A stretch of DNA of 55,675 nucleotides, the filler included, from Trypethelium eluteriae (Eukaryota): assembly GCA_051942245.1 (NCBI GenBank). It is 3 parts of 3 records of this genome, joined end to end, with 100 filler letters (N's around TTAATTAATTAA, not from the genome) between each part and the next. Parts side by side here need not be neighbours in the genome. Positions count along the whole stretch, not along the records: positions 18,623 to 37,099 come from JAVECL010000560.1; positions 37,200 to 55,675 come from JAVECL010000561.1; 1 more part is not named here. One strand, given 5' to 3'. The first letter of the stretch is position 1. Each line of letters opens with the position of its first letter. Under the pieces are notes generated by a model. It was not told where the DNA came from, did no database searches, and saw only the letters and a list, made by a program, of their open reading frames with translations. A program made the position numbers and the translations under genes. Positions 34,203 through 47,441 of the stretch are shown one piece after another.

Positions 34203-35147
34203 CTATTGCGACTGGTGTTTGGGGTCGCTGTCATTTGTCGAGTGACAAGTTCTGTCATTTGAACTTTGTGGTTGACTGCGCGCCGCGATGCGTTTCCTTG
34301 ACTTGGATTCAGTGGTATCGCATGAGCTCTTGTTGCTTTTTGAAGAATCTGGTCAGGAGAAATAGCTTTTGGGCTTCTTTCATCACCCTGTACAGTGGCG
34401 ACTTCTTCATAGCTTGATAGGAGCTTTCTGTGCGTTCATCCGCTGAGCGATCAAACTAAAGGCGGCGACAGAGGACATGAAAAGCACAAGATTGTAAAAC
34501 TAGCAGCATAATTCAGTACTCAGTCAAGTATTGGGCCAAGATTTGACGCACTGCATTGCGTGAATATGCGCTCTCTTCGGCCTCTGTTCGTGCTTCTACA
34601 AAGAGACGTCGAAGGTTTGGGAGATTGAGCGGCTACGCTTTGTTAACCAGATTTTTTCGATATATTTGCGTTGTGGACAGTTCTACCATAATGTCAATCG
34701 TGTGCGACTTGCTCCCCTTGCTTGATTCGCAACTTTGTTGCTCCAATAGTGTAATTATGGACGACCTGTGAATAGGACGGGCTGGCTGGGCCAGACATAA
34801 GCACTTGCATAAATTCCGCACAAGCATATGTACATCATAAGGATTGTACCTCTCGAATCCACCATCAGCTTTTATGATTGCCGCATACCCTGCCAATTCA
34901 CAACTACAACCAGACCGTAACTCTCATTTCTCCTGACAAGCGGCGCAAAGGCAATGCCCCTTTTCTGCTAAATTCTCTCCTCTTAATCCTCACGCCGCCA
35001 GCCTACAACATACATCTAGGTAGCTACGAGCACTGGACCCTGACGAACTTTAAACATCGACCACGTTCTACGACAATACAAAGGGGGTGCTTCATAGTGC
35101 ATGAGGGGGACCACTTCGGTCGCCGCCTTTGCGTCTAATGCTCAGAG

Positions 35148-37099
35148 ATGGCGGTCAATAGGATAAGAGGCGCTTTTGCGGTGCCGCGCAAAGGCGAGAC
35201 GTTTGAATTAAGAGCAGGCTTAGTGTAGGCAAAACTATGTCAATCTTAGAGAACGAAGTGCTGACTGGATACTTGTAGTTCACAATATGCCTACGAACGG
35301 TAAGCATGTCGAAAGCAATGACCACTGTCTGGGGCATACTGAACTTTGACCAGAAAAGAAGCGATCCAGAAGACAATAATGTCCATGACGCTGGGCAAAG
35401 ACGTTTCAGCTCTGTTTCCTGATGTACTGAAGAACATTGCAACAGGAGATCTGGACCAGAAGAAGCTCGTTTATCTCTATCTGATGTGGGTTCATTTTTG
35501 TCAACACTATTTACAATCATCTCTGACCCTTTTGCGCCAGGAACTATGCTAAATCACATCCGGACCTTTGCATCCTTGCCGTGAATACCTTTGTTCAAGA
35601 TTCCGAAGACCCAAACCCATTAATTCGGGCACTGGCGGTGCGGACAATGGGCTGTATAAGAGTGGAGAAGATGGTCGACTACATGGAAGAGCCCCTCCGA
35701 AAGACTCTACGAGATGAATCACCATACGTTCGAAAAACGGCGGTGCTTTGTGTGGCGAAGCTTTTTGACTTGAATCCGTCGCTATGCCTTGAGAACGGAT
35801 TTTTGGAGCAGGTTCAAGAGCTGATTGGAGATCCCAACCCAATGGTAGTGGCGAATTCGGTCACAGCACTTGCAGAGATACAAGAAGCGGCACCAGAGAC
35901 AAGAGCACTTGTTATCACACCATCGACGCTTAAGAAGCTATTGTTGGCTCTCAATGAGTGCACGGAGTGGGGCCGAGTAACAATCTTAAGCACCCTCGCA
36001 GACTATCGGGCTGTGGACGTAAAGGAGTCGGAGCACATATGCGAGCGGGTAGCGCCCCAGTTCCAACATGTCAACCCAAGTGTCGTCCTGGCTGCGGTCA
36101 AGGTGGTGTTTCTGCATATGAGGTTTATCAATCAAGAGCTAGCAAGAACTTACACGAAGAAAATGGCCCCGCCGCTTGGTACTATATGTCCAATTCGAAC
36201 CACACCTCTTGCTAACATATTCCAGTCACCCTCGTCTCTTCCGCTCCTGAGGTGCAGTATGTCGCCCTTCGCAATATTGATCTCATCCTTCAAAAATCAC
36301 CCGAAATTCTCAGCAAGGAGATGCGAGTCTTCTTTTGCAAATACAACGATCCGCCCTACCTTAAACTACAAAAACTCGAGATCATGGTACGAATAGCGAA
36401 CGAGCGCAATGTAGACCAGCTCTTGGCAGAATTGAAGGAATATGCCATGGAGGTGGACATGGACTTCGTGCGGCGGGCAGTACGTGCAATTGGACAGGTT
36501 GCGATTAAGATTGAGGCTGCGAGCGAGAAATGTGTCAATACGTTGCTGGACCTGATCGCGACGAAGGTCAACTACGTGGTGCAAGAAGCGATTGTCGTCA
36601 TCAAGGATATTTTCCGGAAATACCCAGGCTATGAGGGCATCATCCCGACTCTCTGCCAATGTATCGATGATCTAGACGAGCCGAATGCAAGAGGGTCGCT
36701 CATTTGGATTGTTGGAGAGTACGCGGAAAAGATTAGCAATGCCGGAGATATTCTATCAGGCTTCGTGGACGGCTTCACAGAGGAGTTCACTCAGGTCCGT
36801 ACCAATTGGAGAGTCTGCTATACGAGTATTAACCTTTTACCAGACACAACTACAAATCTTAACAGCAGTGGTCAAGCTTTTCCTAAAGAAGCCTGACCAA
36901 TCCCAAGGCTTGGTGCAGAAAGTGCTCCAATCTGCCACAGCCGAAACAGACAATCCAGACATTCGGGATCGTGCATATGTCTATTGGCGTCTCCTTTCAA
37001 GCGATCCTAACATTACAAAGGTATCAACGCCCCCCAAACATCTTGATCTCCCCTTCCCACTAACTCAACCCACAGAACGTCGTCCTCTCCGTCCGCCCC
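35148..37099 (+). CDS. APL2: AP-1 adaptor complex beta subunit, truncated by the contig end
   Basis: [95 protein letters not shown]; several introns. Confidence 0.9.
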
Positions 37100-37199
37100 N
37101 NNNNNNNNNNNNNNNNNNNNNNNNNNNNNNNNNNNNNNNNNNNTTAATTAATTAANNNNNNNNNNNNNNNNNNNNNNNNNNNNNNNNNNNNNNNNNNNN
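37100..37199. other. Artificial contig spacer N44-TTAATTAATTAA-N44
   Basis: Same 100-nt structure as 18523-18622; it interrupts APL2 mid-gene. Confidence 0.98.
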
Positions 37200-37250
37200 T
37201 GCCACATCCCCCCCCTATCCACTTACGACCACCCCTCTCCTTCCCTCTCT

Positions 37251-37920
37251 TTAAATGAACTTAGCCATCATGCTAACCATCAACGTAAACAGCCCGATCG
37301 CCTCACAGAACGCGAAACCCAAGATCGCATACTGGAACAGCTGGCCGCGCACGCTCGGGTTCCGCGCCGTGCCTTGGATCAGCGCGGCGAACACAAGCCC
37401 GATGCCGACACCTGCGCCGGAGAGGCCGATGGCGGCGCCGCCCATGCCGAGATTGCGCGAGACTTCGACGAGCGCGGTCGCCATTTCGGAGGAGTAGGGC
37501 CGGCGCGCGAGCTGGCGCCCGGCTTGGGGGAGAGCGTTGCGCAGGAGCGAGGAGGGTTGGGCGCGTTTGACGGATTGGAACGGGGTGCTGGGTTTGGTGG
37601 AGAGGGATTGCGCGAGGCCTGCGGGAGGAGGTTAGAGATTTGCGGAGGAGGATGGAGGGGGGAGTGTTGAGCAAGTGGAATAGATTTGGAGGAATAGAGC
37701 AGTGGGTGGATTTGGGAATATGAGTCGATGACTCATTGCCAATCGATGACAGGCCTGTGCTGAAGGACTGAGGGTTGGATGAGTACGTACCTGAGAAGCC
37801 ACGCTGTGTCGTAGCACCCTGAAGCTTGGAGCCTGTCTGAAGCATGGGGCGAGCAGCTCTCATTGAGGTAGAGGTGACCGTTGAGGCCATTCTGGGAGCA
37901 AAGACACGGGCTGCGGCCAT
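37251..37920 (-). CDS. ATP9: Nuclear-encoded mitochondrial ATP synthase subunit c (subunit 9) with presequence
   Basis: Intron 37790-37619. Mature region YSSEMATALVEVSRNLGMGGAAIGLSGAGVGIGLVF..ARNPSVRGQLFQYAILGFAFCEAIGLF; R/S/A-rich targeting peptide. Confidence 0.95.
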
Positions 37921-38978
37921 TGTGATGAAAAATCAGGTGAAGTAGCTGACGAACGAAATGGAACGAATCCTAAATTAAACGAGGATACGTAGACAAGTAC
38001 GAACTGAAGGAAGTCGCAATGCACAAGATGACTGTGAGTTCAGGTGACTGGACTGGTAAGGAAGAATGTGGGAGCTTGGGGAGCTTGGGGAGTAGTGGTG
38101 TCTAGAGAGTAAAGGTGCTGAAGGAAAGGGGGTGTGGGTCTCGTTGAATAAACCTACCGCCATCGTGAAGCTGAGCACGTCCATGGTGCTGGATTTCTGA
38201 TAGGCGAGAAAGGCAGGCATGATGCCTTTTCACGTCAAATTTGGGATGGGAGGCTCACCGGGTGAAGCCGGATTGGTGGCAGAAAAGAAGCATTGGCCGC
38301 CTGAAGCAGTAAACTTGTCTCTTGTGTGCAGAACCTGGGCTGCTAGCCTTGTGGGACATGGAGAAGAAATTTTTTTCTCATGGAGCCTGATCTCATTACC
38401 GTACCGAACTTGGATCTACGGTTCCAACCTAATTTGAACGACACCCCGCTTCCTTTTCTCCATGATCCTCTGCTCTTGTCTCCCTTTGAGTGTGGTGAAA
38501 TGAACCGGCATTTCAGAGTTCCCTCTCAGCTTCTGACCTACACATCCAGCTGCAGATGAAGCTGGCCTTAAGAGTAGACCAAAGACAAATACGGTTGGAT
38601 GAAATTCCATACTCTGAGTCATTTTCCGAAGATGGTCTATGCTGAGCGCCTGTGTTACACAAGCGGTAAGGGAATGGTGGTAATATCGGTGGAAATCGGA
38701 GCTGAGCAAGCCTCACAAAAGTCTCAGGTGGTGTTGGGTCTTGGTTCGCTTGGGATGACGGAAGAAAAGGAGTCGGTGGAAGAGTTTGGGAAGATCGAAC
38801 AGCAGGGTTCATACGGGAACTAGGTAAACAAGCTAAATTAGAGGGCACTAATGCAGCCCTGCCGCGTGCCGAAAACCAAAACTCAATCATCCAATGAAGG
38901 GTGGAAGGGTGGAAGCAGCAGAAGTTTTCTTCGGCCTTCGTTACCGTATCGGACGTCATAGTGGTCATAGCTCCCAAT

Positions 38979-38980
<2 letters not shown>

Positions 38981-39011
<31 letters not shown>
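38981..39011 (+). repeat. Poly(T) tract, 31 nt with one C
   Basis: T12-C-T18 read directly from the sequence. Confidence 0.95.
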
Positions 39012-39840
39012 GAGAGGGAGCGACAACACGTCAAGCAATGTCTGGCATCCGTCCAGAATCCACCTCCTTGGACACCAAAATTGACATAGGCACGCATGTT
39101 CTGATCCCACACGTGAGAAACGTAAATAGCTCTTTGTGATTTGAATGAGAGTGAGGGAGAGGCACTGGGGCAACAATACTTCACCCTAGCTGAACCTCAA
39201 GCCATCAAATCTAGAAGGGGAAAAAGTACCGCGCGCTATCTATCTTGGCGCCCGCCATCCCAGAGTATCTACATTTTCCTGGAATCTTCTTCCTTTGGTC
39301 CTTCGCAAAAGCCCCATACTCGGACTTGCAGAACGAGACGCTTTCAAAAGCTTCGAGCTTCCCCTAAGATACGCTTCATCGGACGATGTCCTTCGATCGG
39401 TTGAATTTGGGTGATAGCGAAGTCCATATCTCAGCACGATTGAAGACTTCAGGATACCTCGCACTTGTAAAACCAAGCGTGCGGTCTAAGAGTACGTAAC
39501 CCGCAATCTATTCGCCGGTATCAGAGCAAAGCTCAAGATTTGGCTGGGGGCCTCCCAGGTCGTAGGAAGGCACTATAAGACTAAGGGACCATGGAGATCG
39601 TCCACTTGTTCTACAATATTTCACAAATACACTTGTGTGCGATCCTCAAGTACAGATTGTTGAGGGACCCCTCGAATCTATGCAGGCTAATGTATCACAC
39701 TTGTCCTTGAATCTGTTGCATTGCTCTGGAGTCTAGTCTAAAGGAATGTCGGTGGGTTAGGTTAAGCCCGAATCCCAAAGCTAGGTACATTTACCAGAAA
39801 ATCTTTCTGGCACCCCCCATACCTGATTCCACTCTACGCT

Positions 39841-42800
39841 CTACCATGTCGATTCGCTGTAGTTTGGTGGAAGATACTTGGCTTTATTGCCCTCGTCCTT
39901 GTCCGTCCAATGATACATCATACGGTTCTTCTTGTGCTCAGTGATGAAATCTTGCAACTTAGAACCCTTGAGCCGCCCAATGGTTTCAATACGTGACAGT
40001 TTGCCAATGTTTAGTTCAAGTTGTTTGGCTCGGGAGGCTGCCAGCAAAGGTCGCGAAGCGTCAGTCATGAAACCGGCGGTGTCAACAATAGTGAAGTCGT
40101 TGATGAGAATATCCACTTGTCCGCCTTGGATATCGTCAGATTTCTCAATCACCAACTCGCTCATGTCAAGCTCTGGATACAGTGTTTGCAGCCAAGCCTG
40201 AGCTCGGCGGTATCGTTGGTACTGGGCATGGTATGGAGTTAAGATACCAATGTCCCGAGGCTTGAGGTCGAGATTCTTCTCCTCTAAGAGACGGCGAACC
40301 ATGTATATAGCAATACCGACGTTGTACGAGTTGGATTGACTCTTGGCTGCGCTCATACGGGTTTCTCCACCTTTGACGTTCAACCAAAGACAGTTTGTAT
40401 CTTTACCAAACCAGCCTTTCATGAGTTTGGTGAGTTGCTTGCTGCGTTCCTGCCTCAAAGGATGTGGACCGGTTACGAGTTTACCATCGTACCAAATCGG
40501 TGAGATAACATCACAGATGTTAGGATGGAAGCGATTCTGAACAAACAACTCGATCATAGCGGCTCCATTTACGATGCAACGTCCCATGAAGGATACCTTA
40601 GCGTAGCTGACGAATTGATTCCCGCTGTGCGGAGTCTTGGTGATGGGGGTGCCTTGTGTCGAATCTCCGCAAAGCAGAATGATTTTGGCATTGACTTGTC
40701 CCAGTCCAGAGCACATTCTGACGTCTGTGATGCGACTAGCTTCATCATAGGCGAGTAGGCGGGTATCTTCGATCGGAAGACGGATTTTGTCTTCCGCCAG
40801 GGATGATGGAGTAAGGATGACAGCGTCGGCTCGTCGCAGGACGTATGCTACAGCCTTTCCTATCTCTTGACTGAGACTAGCCGAATCTTCTTCATCCCAG
40901 TCGGGGTCAAGGGCGTAGCGATCATAGAGTTCGCGCAGGAGTTCGAAGAGTTTTGGTCGAGCGAGGGGGTGGTTGCGGTAGTCTTTCCATCCTGCGACTT
41001 TCAAGATTCATGTGCCAATCGCGTGTTCGAGGCTTATCACAAGCTTGTCATTGATGCCGAAAAGCTTTCGAGTGCCTCTTTGATATTCATGCAAGATCTG
41101 CTGCCCCGCTCGCATTTCCGTGATTGTGCCGACAAGTGGAATGTGGATATCCGGCTTGTGTTTCGGGCGAAGACGATTGGCCTCTCTCTTCACAATGTCA
41201 TCCTCAGTCTTGTACGGATAGACTCGTACGATCATCACTTCTCGGTGCTTGACGTGCGACTTGACGAAAGCGCTCATCGAGTCCGCGAGGTCGTTAGCCG
41301 TTCTATCCATGGGCACGACAATGATAGAGAGCCAGGGATTAACAATATCCTTGAGTGCTAAGAAGGCTTTGTTCGTCAACTGCTCGTTTATCCCTCCAGG
41401 TGCCGAGGGTCCCAGTGCGCCTTTTTCTTCGACCTTGGTTGGCCCGGGGATTTCTTTACGTTGTAGTGCCATCAAGGTGACAACAACCTTGAGCACTTCA
41501 GACTTCCCAGTACATGCACACCCCTTGATAAAGACCCAGCCGTCGGGAGCTTGGCTGAATTGAATCATAGCATGGTTTTGCTCTTTGTGGAGATGTCCAC
41601 CCACTCGGCGGATATCCTCTTTGAGTTGGGACATGTCGGCAGCAGGCAACTTGTCAGTTGCTGCCCAGAGATTGACGTACGTATTTGGCGTAAGATCATT
41701 CCCAAGGATATATTTGTGAATGTGAGGGTAATGCTTCGTCTTGATCTTATCGTATACGGCTGCAATCGTGTTAATCGTCTGCTTGAATGTCTTCTCCTCG
41801 TTCTCGTTCCATGGTCGCAGCCACACCAACTTCGGTCGAGTTGTCTGGATGGCTCTAAATGCATCCCGGGGTTTCTCGATCTGATCTAAGATTGGCATGT
41901 CATCATCTTTGAGATTTGTCCGGTCCCATCCTGCCTCTCCAAATGGACGGTCGACTTGCAAAACTATATCGTTGGGTCCCGAATATGGAATTGACTCGAG
42001 AACCTTGCACTTGTATTTTTGTGCTTCACTTAGATCCCCATCAAAGAACAGGTCGCACATATCTTCAGGTTTGAGAGTGGTGCGCTGAGATCCGCTCTTG
42101 ACGATTACGAGGTAGCGTGAGTCTCCAATACTCTTCTTGGAGGACTGAGAAACTGGTTGAGATTTTTCGTCCGCTGGAATTTCTGTTCCCGGCAAACGAG
42201 TCCAAATTGACTTCATTGGTACAGGTTCTCGCAACATGTTCCGATACTCATGCGCCTCTAACTCGCTATAGACAACGTGGATCAACCATTCCGGTACGTC
42301 AGCAAAGAAGGATGGAGCTGGAAATTGCCTCCCATCAGCACGGTCTTCCTTTTTGGCAAAGTTTCCCTTCTGCACGACAATGATGTTGTCGCCTCCGGTC
42401 GGAAAGAACTGCTTGTAAAGTGGCTGCTTGCGTTTCTGTTGTTCGGCGATTTTGTGTTGAAAAGTCTCTACTCTGGATGGAATAGAGCCTCCTCGCGTTA
42501 AGAAGATGACCTTGATAGGTCGTCGAACGATAGCGCGGAGATGTTCAAGCGCTTTATCATGGCAGCCGAAATTGGGATCAGTAGGGAAAACATTGCTCGC
42601 ATGGATTGAACCATGGGCCTCAAAGCGGATCTCGAAAGAACCATCGTCAAGATCGTCCTGCAATTCCTGTTCCGAATGACCAGTGTATACAGATTGGTCA
42701 AGGTCTTGCATGTCCTCTACTCGACGATACTGAAGCGCATCAATATTGCGCGCGGTGAAAGCTAGTATGGCCGTGGACCTGTATTGATCCACCTTTTTAT

Positions 42801-43266
42801 TTGATCCTTGGGGGAGGGAAAATTGGATGTCGATGTTAATGAAGATCTTGGGAATCCAATGGTCATCGAGTTTGATGCAACAAGCAATTTTCTCTTCGAA
42901 ATTTTGACCTCTGTCGACTTTCGTATTTTCCTTGAGTTCCTTTTTGGTCTTGAAAACATTGGGTGGTGGAGCACTACCAAGTACCAAGGTAGGGAGCTTC
43001 TGTGCGGCTGCTATATCGGGGTCTCGAGGCAATTCTAGAAGGTCAAGGGCCTTAAGCTTGTTCACCATCTCATATTCACGTTCAAAGGTTGTTGTTGCCC
43101 ATTCGTCTTTCTTGTCAATCTCTTGGATGGACAACAATCTCGGAAAGCGAAGCTCTATGTTGTTGGTGGCATTGTAATCGATATTTGCGTTGCCATCGAA
43201 GAGTTGCTGACGAACACTATAGGAAGCTGGTGGCGCCTTCTTGGTTGCGGATGATGATGATGCCAT
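39841..43266 (-). pseudogene. Intronless superfamily-1 Upf1/Nam7/DNA2-like helicase (about 1141 codons) with one in-frame TGA
   Basis: The 752-aa and 387-aa ORFs share a frame and are separated only by TGA at 41008-41010. Motifs GCACTGKS, YDEAS, CGDSTQGTP, QNRFHP, ILTPYHAQ, DDIQG, AASRAK. Confidence 0.8.
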
Positions 43267-44611
43267 ATTGACTGATCAGAGTTGAAGGTAACAAGAGAGC
43301 ATTCGAATGTGCTATTGCTTTGCGAAGGTATCTAGAAACTTTGCAGGAGTACTGAGAGCCAAAAAGCTGTAGAGCAGGCAAAGCTGAATGGGAAGGTTGA
43401 GGAAGAAAGAAGAATGGCAGGTGCGTGGGCGGAGGACTGTATATATGCTAGCTGCTAGCCGAGAATTGAAAGAGTGGGTCGGATCAAGTGACAAACCCCC
43501 GGACGCAAGTGAGTGAGTCAAAGTGGTTGTGAGTGAGAAGTGAATGAGCCGATATATGAGCACGTGGGGGTGAGATGTATAAGGTAAGTGAGGCAGAAAA
43601 ATAAGTGGGAAAATAATAAGTATCTCTTCGTCGCAAGAACCAAGTCGCGGTCGACTTCACGTGGCTCCAATCTACAATGAAATTTTCATCGCCATGAAGA
43701 TGGACCTTGGCTTCGATGCCGCCAAGTAGCAATGGTGGTATGGACATTCGCCTCTCCGGATAGGTTTTGATGCGAGGCGGGAGTTCGAGTTTGAAGACAG
43801 CAGACCGACTTTGGCTTTGGCATTGAAAGGATCACTGTAGTAGCTCCAAGCCGGTCGTACTCTGCAAACGGTAGCCATGCTGAAAGCCTGTTTTCACCGT
43901 AGATTAGGCGTCGGACCATGATTTCTACAATTTGGGAGAGGACTATACGGTCGAGAGCTTGCTGATAGAGTTTATGAAAGACTTTCGGTCGGCCGAACAA
44001 AGGGCCGCTGTGCTTCTGGTCGAGGTTGTAGAGAGCTCGAGGTGCAGAGCTACAGGCAACATTTACGGAGTTGCCCCCGGAGGCAGATTTGCCTGTCTAA
44101 AAGCAGTAGGAGGCATGCGGTTGTTCAAAAAGCTAAAGTACCTAATAGAGCACGTCAAATTTGGCGGAGTGTTAGGTAATCACATCAAAGGAGCCAATGA
44201 CGCAGTTCAACTGCTGACCTCTTAGAGGTTTTCCCCATAACCTGCACAGCCTCCCTACTTGTGAAGTTACGTTTCACAGCCAAGCTACCAAATTGCGGTA
44301 ATATTCACTGACAGTGTTTGCTACCAGGCATCGGCCGCAAGTGGTGATGAGGTCACAAGCGTAACCATTGTCCTCTCGATATTCCGTGCACCCCCCCATC
44401 GTGATCTCGAGGCGGTGCCATGATATGCAACCAAGTTTCTTGAATTGATTTCTTGGAATGCACTCCGCAGACCTTGATGACAGCAGATGCTTGTCTCTTT
44501 GATTGGGGCCTTCCCAGATCAGAATGCGGCATTTGAGATGTAGTCGCATTGGTTTGATATCTTAGCCAGCAGCACTTTTGGTGCCTCTTCAAGTTTCCGA
44601 AATACCGGGGT

Positions 44612-46416
44612 TCAGAGGCTCTGCTTTCCTCTGGATTCAATTGGCAAGGCCGCCATCGCAATGCTGGAAACTACGAAAAGAGCTGCTGCTACCAATATCG
44701 GAGCCGAGATGTGAACTTTGCCTATCTGAACGGCGAGAACAGGTGCAAGGACACCTGCGATACGATTCAGAAATGAAGCGACACCTGTCCCCGTGCCACG
44801 ATAGGGTGCTGGAAGCACTTCAGGAGTGTATGCATAGAGTACGCCGTACATAATATTCTGTGCAGGGTCATATATGTCAGCCGATTATGTCTGCTGACAT
44901 ATATCAAAAGGTATTGACTCACTTGGGTAAAGGACTCAAGTGAAGACATTACCGTTTGGAAATTTGAGTTGGACGAAAGCGTGAACAGGTAGAGCAAAAT
45001 GCCACTGATCAGAGTCGACACAGCCATGGTCCCTTTGCGACCGAGATACTTCAGATCTACCGTATAGCATGCAAGAATGGCACCAGGGAAGCCAACAATT
45101 GCTGTGATTAGTATGTCTCGGTAAGCCACATCAGTGGAGGTTGGGCCTTCTTCCGGTCCAGCATCGGCATTGGAAAGATATTGGGGGAGGAAGGCATTAA
45201 AAAGAGGGAAACCAAGTCCAATTGCAGTCCAGATGAACCAAATCAGAGTCACAGTTATCCCTAATTTCCAAGTTCCAAAAAGTGGCGCTAGCCGTTGAGT
45301 CGAGAATTTGCTCAGATTCCGCCTGGCTATATCTAGAAAGCCCGGCCTCTTGATACCGACGGCATTCAAGTCCTTCTTATGATCTCTGACGCTCAGAAGG
45401 CGTTCTTCCGTTAATGAGGTTTCAGTGCCGTTGTAGGCAGCTATTCCGCGGACGACATCGACTGCCTCACGCAATCGGCCGTGTGAAACTAAGAATTTGG
45501 GGGACTCGTAAAGTTTGAAGAGGAAGAAGCGGCAGATAAACATGGTGAACGTAATGGCGCCAAGAGTTATGATCGTGTATCGCCACCCCATGTTATTAGC
45601 TCTTGAGCAACATGGTTCTTCTCCTCCAGTGGCCGCACAAGTTTTCAGATCGGTGGCGCACGAATAATTTGGAATCAATGCCCAGCCCACCAGAGACGAC
45701 AGAAGTTGGCCAAGCGGCCACCAAACAGAGAGAAGAGTCAACAAGTTCCCAGATGAAGAGGGCAAAAATTCCAGAAACAAGGCTCCGTCAACCGGTAGAT
45801 TGCCACCAACACCAAATCCCATTAATGCGTATCCCAAGTTTACTGTGGTCCAATTGGGGGCAAACCCTGATATGAACCCGAAGATACCGGCAATCATAAG
45901 CGTGAAATTAAATGCCCTTTTTCTTCCAATCACGTCGGATGCAACGCCCCAAAAGCTCGCCCCGAAAGATAGACCAATATACGTAGCCATAGTCGTGTAA
46001 CGAATCGTGTTAGTGTCTATTCCGAACTCTACCGAAAGCTGCGGAAGAGTAAGAGCAACGCCCTGCATCCAAATATTGTCGGCAAGCCATCCGAAACCGC
46101 AAAGTATGAAAAGACGCCATTGATATTTGCCCATACCAATATCTTGAATGGCTTTGTTGATGATCTTCGATCTCCGGTCGTAAGTGGACTCTCCGGAAGA
46201 GACTGCCTCCTCGTCGCCCGTCTGTAATTTTGCATCCTCTGAAGACCGGTCGTCGTCCTCAAGACCATCAAGACTATCTGTGTCGTTCTGATGCTGACTT
46301 CGGGATCCTTCCTCCTCTACAGAGAACCACGTTTCGCTTTCTTGCAAGGGCACGGCCTCCTCCGGACCAGATCCCGATCGTTCGTGCCTTTTGAAAGGCC
46401 TGAGGAGGAACGACAT
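44612..46416 (-). CDS. SV2/SVOP-like MFS (sugar-porter-related) transporter
   Basis: GMGKYQWRLFILCGFGWLADN, SDVIGRK, GVGGNLPVDGALFLEFLP, ESPKFL, YAYTPEVLPAPYRGTG; intron 44922-44858. Confidence 0.92.
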
Positions 46417-46858
46417 ATTATCTCCACATCCAGCAATTAAGACGATTTCGCACTGGAAGATTGGTTGGGTGGCGGACGATGACTGATGTGAATTGGCAAA
46501 GCTGAGACGTGCTCGGTCACAAAACGAACGTCCGTCATTGGTGAGACTTCAAGATAACTTTGCAACTGAATTAAGTCAAACCTCACGTGACAGGGGATGC
46601 ATGCGATGCCAATGCGATTCTTTCCAATGATTAGAGCATAAGAGCGCGCTTGCATACCTGAGGTACCTAGTATGTAGGTAGTTAGCTATGCAAACTGCAG
46701 GGACTAGGAGGGGTGCTTCGCTTCAGAAAGAGTCGGATCGGTTCCATGTCTCGATGTTGCTGACAAAGGACATCTCTCGCTTAACCTTCCTCACGAACAG
46801 GATTGGTTGTTATTTCCTGCCGTACTCTCTGATAATTTGGCCTCAGTAATTTTCGATC

Positions 46859-47441
46859 ATGGTATGTTTGAAAGTCGGAGCGACCATTTTTTTCAGTTGC
46901 TAAAGTTGCAAAGGCCCCAATTCGTCCTCAATCTCAACGACGTACATTGAAGACCAGTAGTCAACGTGAACACGTTCATCGACCCACCAAATCTGACGAT
47001 TCAGCCTTCGCCTCGTCTAAGAAGGACAAACGGCTCATTAAACACTCGGCCCTAGTCAATAGGATCCAGAAACAGAGCTTCAGAGCTCAAAGAAAACGAA
47101 GGAGACCAAACAAGAAGCTTGTTACCACACTAGAGTCACTAGCAGACGCTTTACCAGACGTAGACCAGGAGGCTGCTACAGAGGCTGCCAGGATTTCATC
47201 CGAGCAGGCGAACGTTAGACGCAAGGCCTTGCTGAGCCGACCTGGGCTGCAAAAGTGCAAGGAGAAAACCAATAAAGAGGAACGGGAGCGGTTCAGTCAG
47301 AACCTCGCGCAGATGATTGGCAGCAAAGCTACAACTCCAGGTACAGAGATCGGCTCGACGCCCAATTTGGTAACTAAGCCAGTTGATCGATGGGCTCTGC
47401 TGCGAGAGCACATAATGCAGAACGTTGAGAAGATCCCTTGA
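46859..47441 (+). CDS. SLX9: Ribosome biogenesis protein Slx9-like
   Basis: ATG-only first exon, intron 46862-46913; SKKDKRLIKHSALV, RRRPNKKLVTTLESLADALP, ERERFSQNLAQM, RWALLREHI. Confidence 0.8.

Noticed and set aside
18623..37099. Linking the terpene cluster to the contig 1 MFS as its exporter
   Set aside because: They are on different contigs joined artificially.
38513..39184. 223-aa ORF with a poly-Lys run
   Set aside because: The poly-Lys is the poly(T) tract read in reverse; no protein-like features.
41008..41010. TGA read as Trp (mitochondrial code) or selenocysteine
   Set aside because: The nearby Trp codons I checked are TGG, composition is nuclear-like, and no Sec context is evident; a nonsense change or error is simpler.
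43678..44225. Plus-strand ORF fragment upstream of the helicase as a partner gene
   Set aside because: No clear start, stops upstream and no recognisable motif.
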